Translations under genes and position numbers: made by a program | The notes under the pieces: generated by a model | Seen by the model: only the letters and a program-made list of their open reading frames with translations | What the model was told of the DNA's origin: nothing | The model's database searches: none | Part shown: positions 61,839 to 64,000 of the stretch, piece by piece | Layout of the letters: each line of letters opens with the position of its first letter | Position numbering within the stretch: the first letter of the stretch is position 1 | Assembly (NCBI GenBank): GCA_963549285.1 | Contig: CAUUYF010000001.1 | Location: 25,683 to 89,682, forward strand | DNA: 64,000 nucleotides | Reading direction: 5' to 3' | Source: an uncultured Candidatus Saccharibacteria bacterium | GTDB taxonomy: Bacteria > Patescibacteriota > Saccharimonadia > Saccharimonadales > Saccharimonadaceae

Positions 61839-62243
61839 ATGAGAAAGCGAACGATCGCTGTCGTATCTTTGGTCGGAGTAATCCTGGCGATGATTGCTCT
61901 ATTCTTTGTGCTCAATATGACTAACCCGTCGGACAACGGTCCGGCGGGTATATTATTAGTTCTAGGTCTGATCTATCTATTGAGCTATTGCTTCATTGTG
62001 CTCATGACAATGATTATTAGATATGTTTGGGGGCTGGTTCGCCCGAGCCAACCGATTACCACTACGTCCGACAGCAAGGCACGACGCTCACAGACTAAAG
62101 TGCTGGCTGTCTGCGGGGTGCTGGCCATGATGCCCCTGATCATCATCTCGCTCAACTCTATCAAGCGAATCGAACTAACTGATGTGGTGCTGACGGCCAT
62201 TACCGAGGCAGTGGCGGTCTTTTATATCGTCAAGCGCCTGTAG
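61839..62243 (+). CDS. hypothetical membrane protein (four TM segments)
   Basis: Hydrophobic segments throughout. No motif recognised. Confidence 0.45.
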   Translation: MRKRTIAVVSLVGVILAMIALFFVLNMTNPSDNGPAGILLVLGLIYLLSYCFIVLMTMIIRYVWGLVRPSQPITTTSDSKARRSQTKVLAVCGVLAMMPLIIISLNSIKRIELTDVVLTAITEAVAVFYIVKRL

Positions 62244-62367
62244 ATGTACTGCTAAGTGGGGTCACTATGGAGCAAAGGTTGTATGCCGGAGCCGGTCAGC
62301 CGGTGTAGTCGAGAACTGCTGATTTCTCATGTTAATCTGACCGTGGTTATGCTATACTGTATCAGTA

Positions 62368-62802
62368 ATGGAACCGAGTGCAGGCACGCCCAATTTTAAT
62401 ACCGCTCCCAGGCCGGGTAATAATGTCGAGAGTGGCGGTAATCAGCTACCACAGTACAATGTAGACCCAGGTACAACGATTGACAGTAGTCCGAACAATC
62501 TTAATCAAGCGCCGATGGGGCATGAGCAGTTGGCTAGTGCCGAAGAGCTGGCGTTGCCTAGTCAAGCGATGACTGTTAATCCTGTAGCTCAGACCACTCA
62601 GTCAACTACCACCACCTCTACCACTACACCGGTTGACCCCGTGGTGGTTGATGCAGAGAAGTTCAATCGGGTCTGGGTGGACAAGACCAAGCAGATCATT
62701 AGTGCTACTGAGACTGACCCTTATGAGCAGGCACATCAGATCGCTCAGCTAATGCAGGGGTATCTAAAGGAACGTTATGGTAAAATTATTAACAGTAAAT
62801 AG
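62368..62802 (+). CDS. hypothetical protein with disordered Pro/Asn/Thr-rich N-terminal half
   Basis: ATG is 10 nt after TGCTATACT. The C-terminal about 50 aa look folded. No motif recognised. Confidence 0.4.
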   Translation: MEPSAGTPNFNTAPRPGNNVESGGNQLPQYNVDPGTTIDSSPNNLNQAPMGHEQLASAEELALPSQAMTVNPVAQTTQSTTTTSTTTPVDPVVVDAEKFNRVWVDKTKQIISATETDPYEQAHQIAQLMQGYLKERYGKIINSK

Positions 62803-62845
62803 AAGTGGACAAGTAGACACCGCTTAACATTAGGATAAAACTGGG

Positions 62846-64000
62846 ATGGGCATGGGTAATCTGATCGCAACGCTAGTGAGTGCACTGGTCTTCATCGGTG
62901 TGATGGCGGTTATCATCACGATTGCCTACATGGCTTTCCGCAAAGAAGTACGAGGGCGCAAGAACTACGAGCGAGCCCTTAAGATGGTTCAGGTGATGAT
63001 CCAGCTACCACCAAGTAGCGAGGATAAAGAGGTGGGCAGTAGGGATATTCGTGATGTGACTGACGAGAGTATCTCCCAGGCTCAGACTATGTATGACATC
63101 ATTGCCAGTACAGCTACCAAAGGGTTTCATAGTCGGATCTATGGTCAGCGCCATATCTCATTTGAGATTATCGCCCATGACGGACTAGTCCACTACTATG
63201 TGGCGGTGCCATTTCTGTTACTAGACAATATTAAACAGGCGGTCATAGCAGCATATCCGACGGCTCGCCTGGAGGAAGTGGCTGAAATAAATGTGTTCAA
63301 CAGAGCGAGTAAGATGAGCGGTACTCTGGGCGGTGAGATGCACTTGTCTCGCCCCTACCTATTTCCGATTGCTACCTACAAGGACACGAAGCGTGATGCC
63401 ATGGGGGCGATTCTTAACGCCCTGACCATGGCCGGGCGAGGTGATGGTGTGGCGGTGCAAATCTTATTACGTCCGGCTAAGCCGAACTGGGCACACAAGA
63501 TCGACGACCGGGTGCAAGATATTCGGGATGGCAAAAAGAGTGCCAGCGGCAACCGCAAAGGCTCGGCGGCTCTAGCTTATGCCGGTCAGATCCTGGAGGC
63601 GCTCTGGAAACCGCCTGATGAAATAAATAAAGAGAAAGAGACCAAACCGCTGAGTGGCACTGATCAGACCAGGGTGGAGCAGATGGAGGAAAAAGCCCGG
63701 CATGCCGGCTACGAAGTGATGATTCGCCTAGTGGTATCGACGCCGAACTCGGCTCGCTCGCAGGCCCTCTTGACCAGTTTACAGTCCGCTTTCGCTCTCT
63801 ATACTTTGCCGACTGGCAACGGCTTTAAGTTTGAGCCGACTGGCGACATCAAGAGCTTCGTAACGGATTACATCATGCGCTTCTTTCCGGCTGAAAAGTC
63901 GTCAGACATTCTTAACTCGGTTGAGCTGGCGACTATCTTTCATCTGCCGAATCAGACCAATATCCCGTCGTCTCAGGTAGAGCGTCAGACTTTCCGAGAG
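62846..64000 (+). CDS. membrane-anchored protein, 5' part only (open to window end; not in the ORF track)
   Basis: My own translation from ATG 62846 (or 62852) has no stop for 385 codons: MGMGNLIATLVSALVFIGVMAVIITIAY...HISFEIIAHDGLVHYYVAVPFLLLDNIKQAVIAAYPTARLEEV. This pattern reminds me of N-terminal regions of HerA/FtsK-like or T4SS coupling-type ATPases, but the ATPase part would lie beyond the window. Confidence 0.55.
   Translation, partial: MGMGNLIATLVSALVFIGVMAVIITIAYMAFRKEVRGRKNYERALKMVQVMIQLPPSSEDKEVGSRDIRDVTDESISQAQTMYDIIASTATKGFHSRIYGQRHISFEIIAHDGLVHYYVAVPFLLLDNIKQAVIAAYPTARLEEVAEINVFNRASKMSGTLGGEMHLSRPYLFPIATYKDTKRDAMGAILNALTMAGRGDGVAVQILLRPAKPNWAHKIDDRVQDIRDGKKSASGNRKGSAALAYAGQILEALWKPPDEINKEKETKPLSGTDQTRVEQMEEKARHAGYEVMIRLVVSTPNSARSQALLTSLQSAFALYTLPTGNGFKFEPTGDIKSFVTDYIMRFFPAEKSSDILNSVELATIFHLPNQTNIPSSQVERQTFRE

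Overview
This window reads as a chromosomal segment from a small-genome, monoderm-type bacterium. By inference from gene content it is most consistent with Patescibacteria/CPR, Saccharibacteria-like. The supporting features are a secretin-less type IV pilus, a sortase-like sorting signal, compact housekeeping operons and many apparently leaderless genes.

Most coding is on the + strand. Housekeeping genes are ssb (3' end), rpsR, efp, tlyA, ychF, holA, rpsT, rpoD, polA, mutM, thrS, miaA, rpmB, infC-rpmI-rplT and comM. There is a complete type IV pilus locus (pilM-pilN-pilO-small TM-pilB-pilT-pilC-pilin-pilD) and a separate operon of a 1023-aa secreted protein plus four pilin-like proteins.

RNA genes are eight tRNAs (all with encoded CCA), RNase P RNA and tmRNA. 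Accessory content includes mazEF, an XRE-HTH/DUF4065 antitoxin with a RelE/HigB-like toxin, a Xer-type tyrosine recombinase, a DUF4143-type AAA ATPase, a processive GT2, a two-module RCC1-repeat surface protein and a Nudix-RNase H fusion. There are also two giant, partly paralogous proteins (about 1570 and 964 aa) flanking a tRNA pair.

The most unusual signal is a family of five same-strand, intergenic, modular repeats of about 0.39-0.59 kb (L elements). They share a conserved two-domain fold, and one long stem shows compensatory base changes between copies. A second, roughly 100-bp TIR-bearing element (S element, three copies) is nested once inside an L copy. I could not assign either family to any element class I know.

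Several promoter-plus-terminator units without credible ORFs suggest additional small or structured RNAs, including a 1.2-kb gene-free stretch next to tmRNA. No CRISPR array, rRNA or autonomous transposase was seen.
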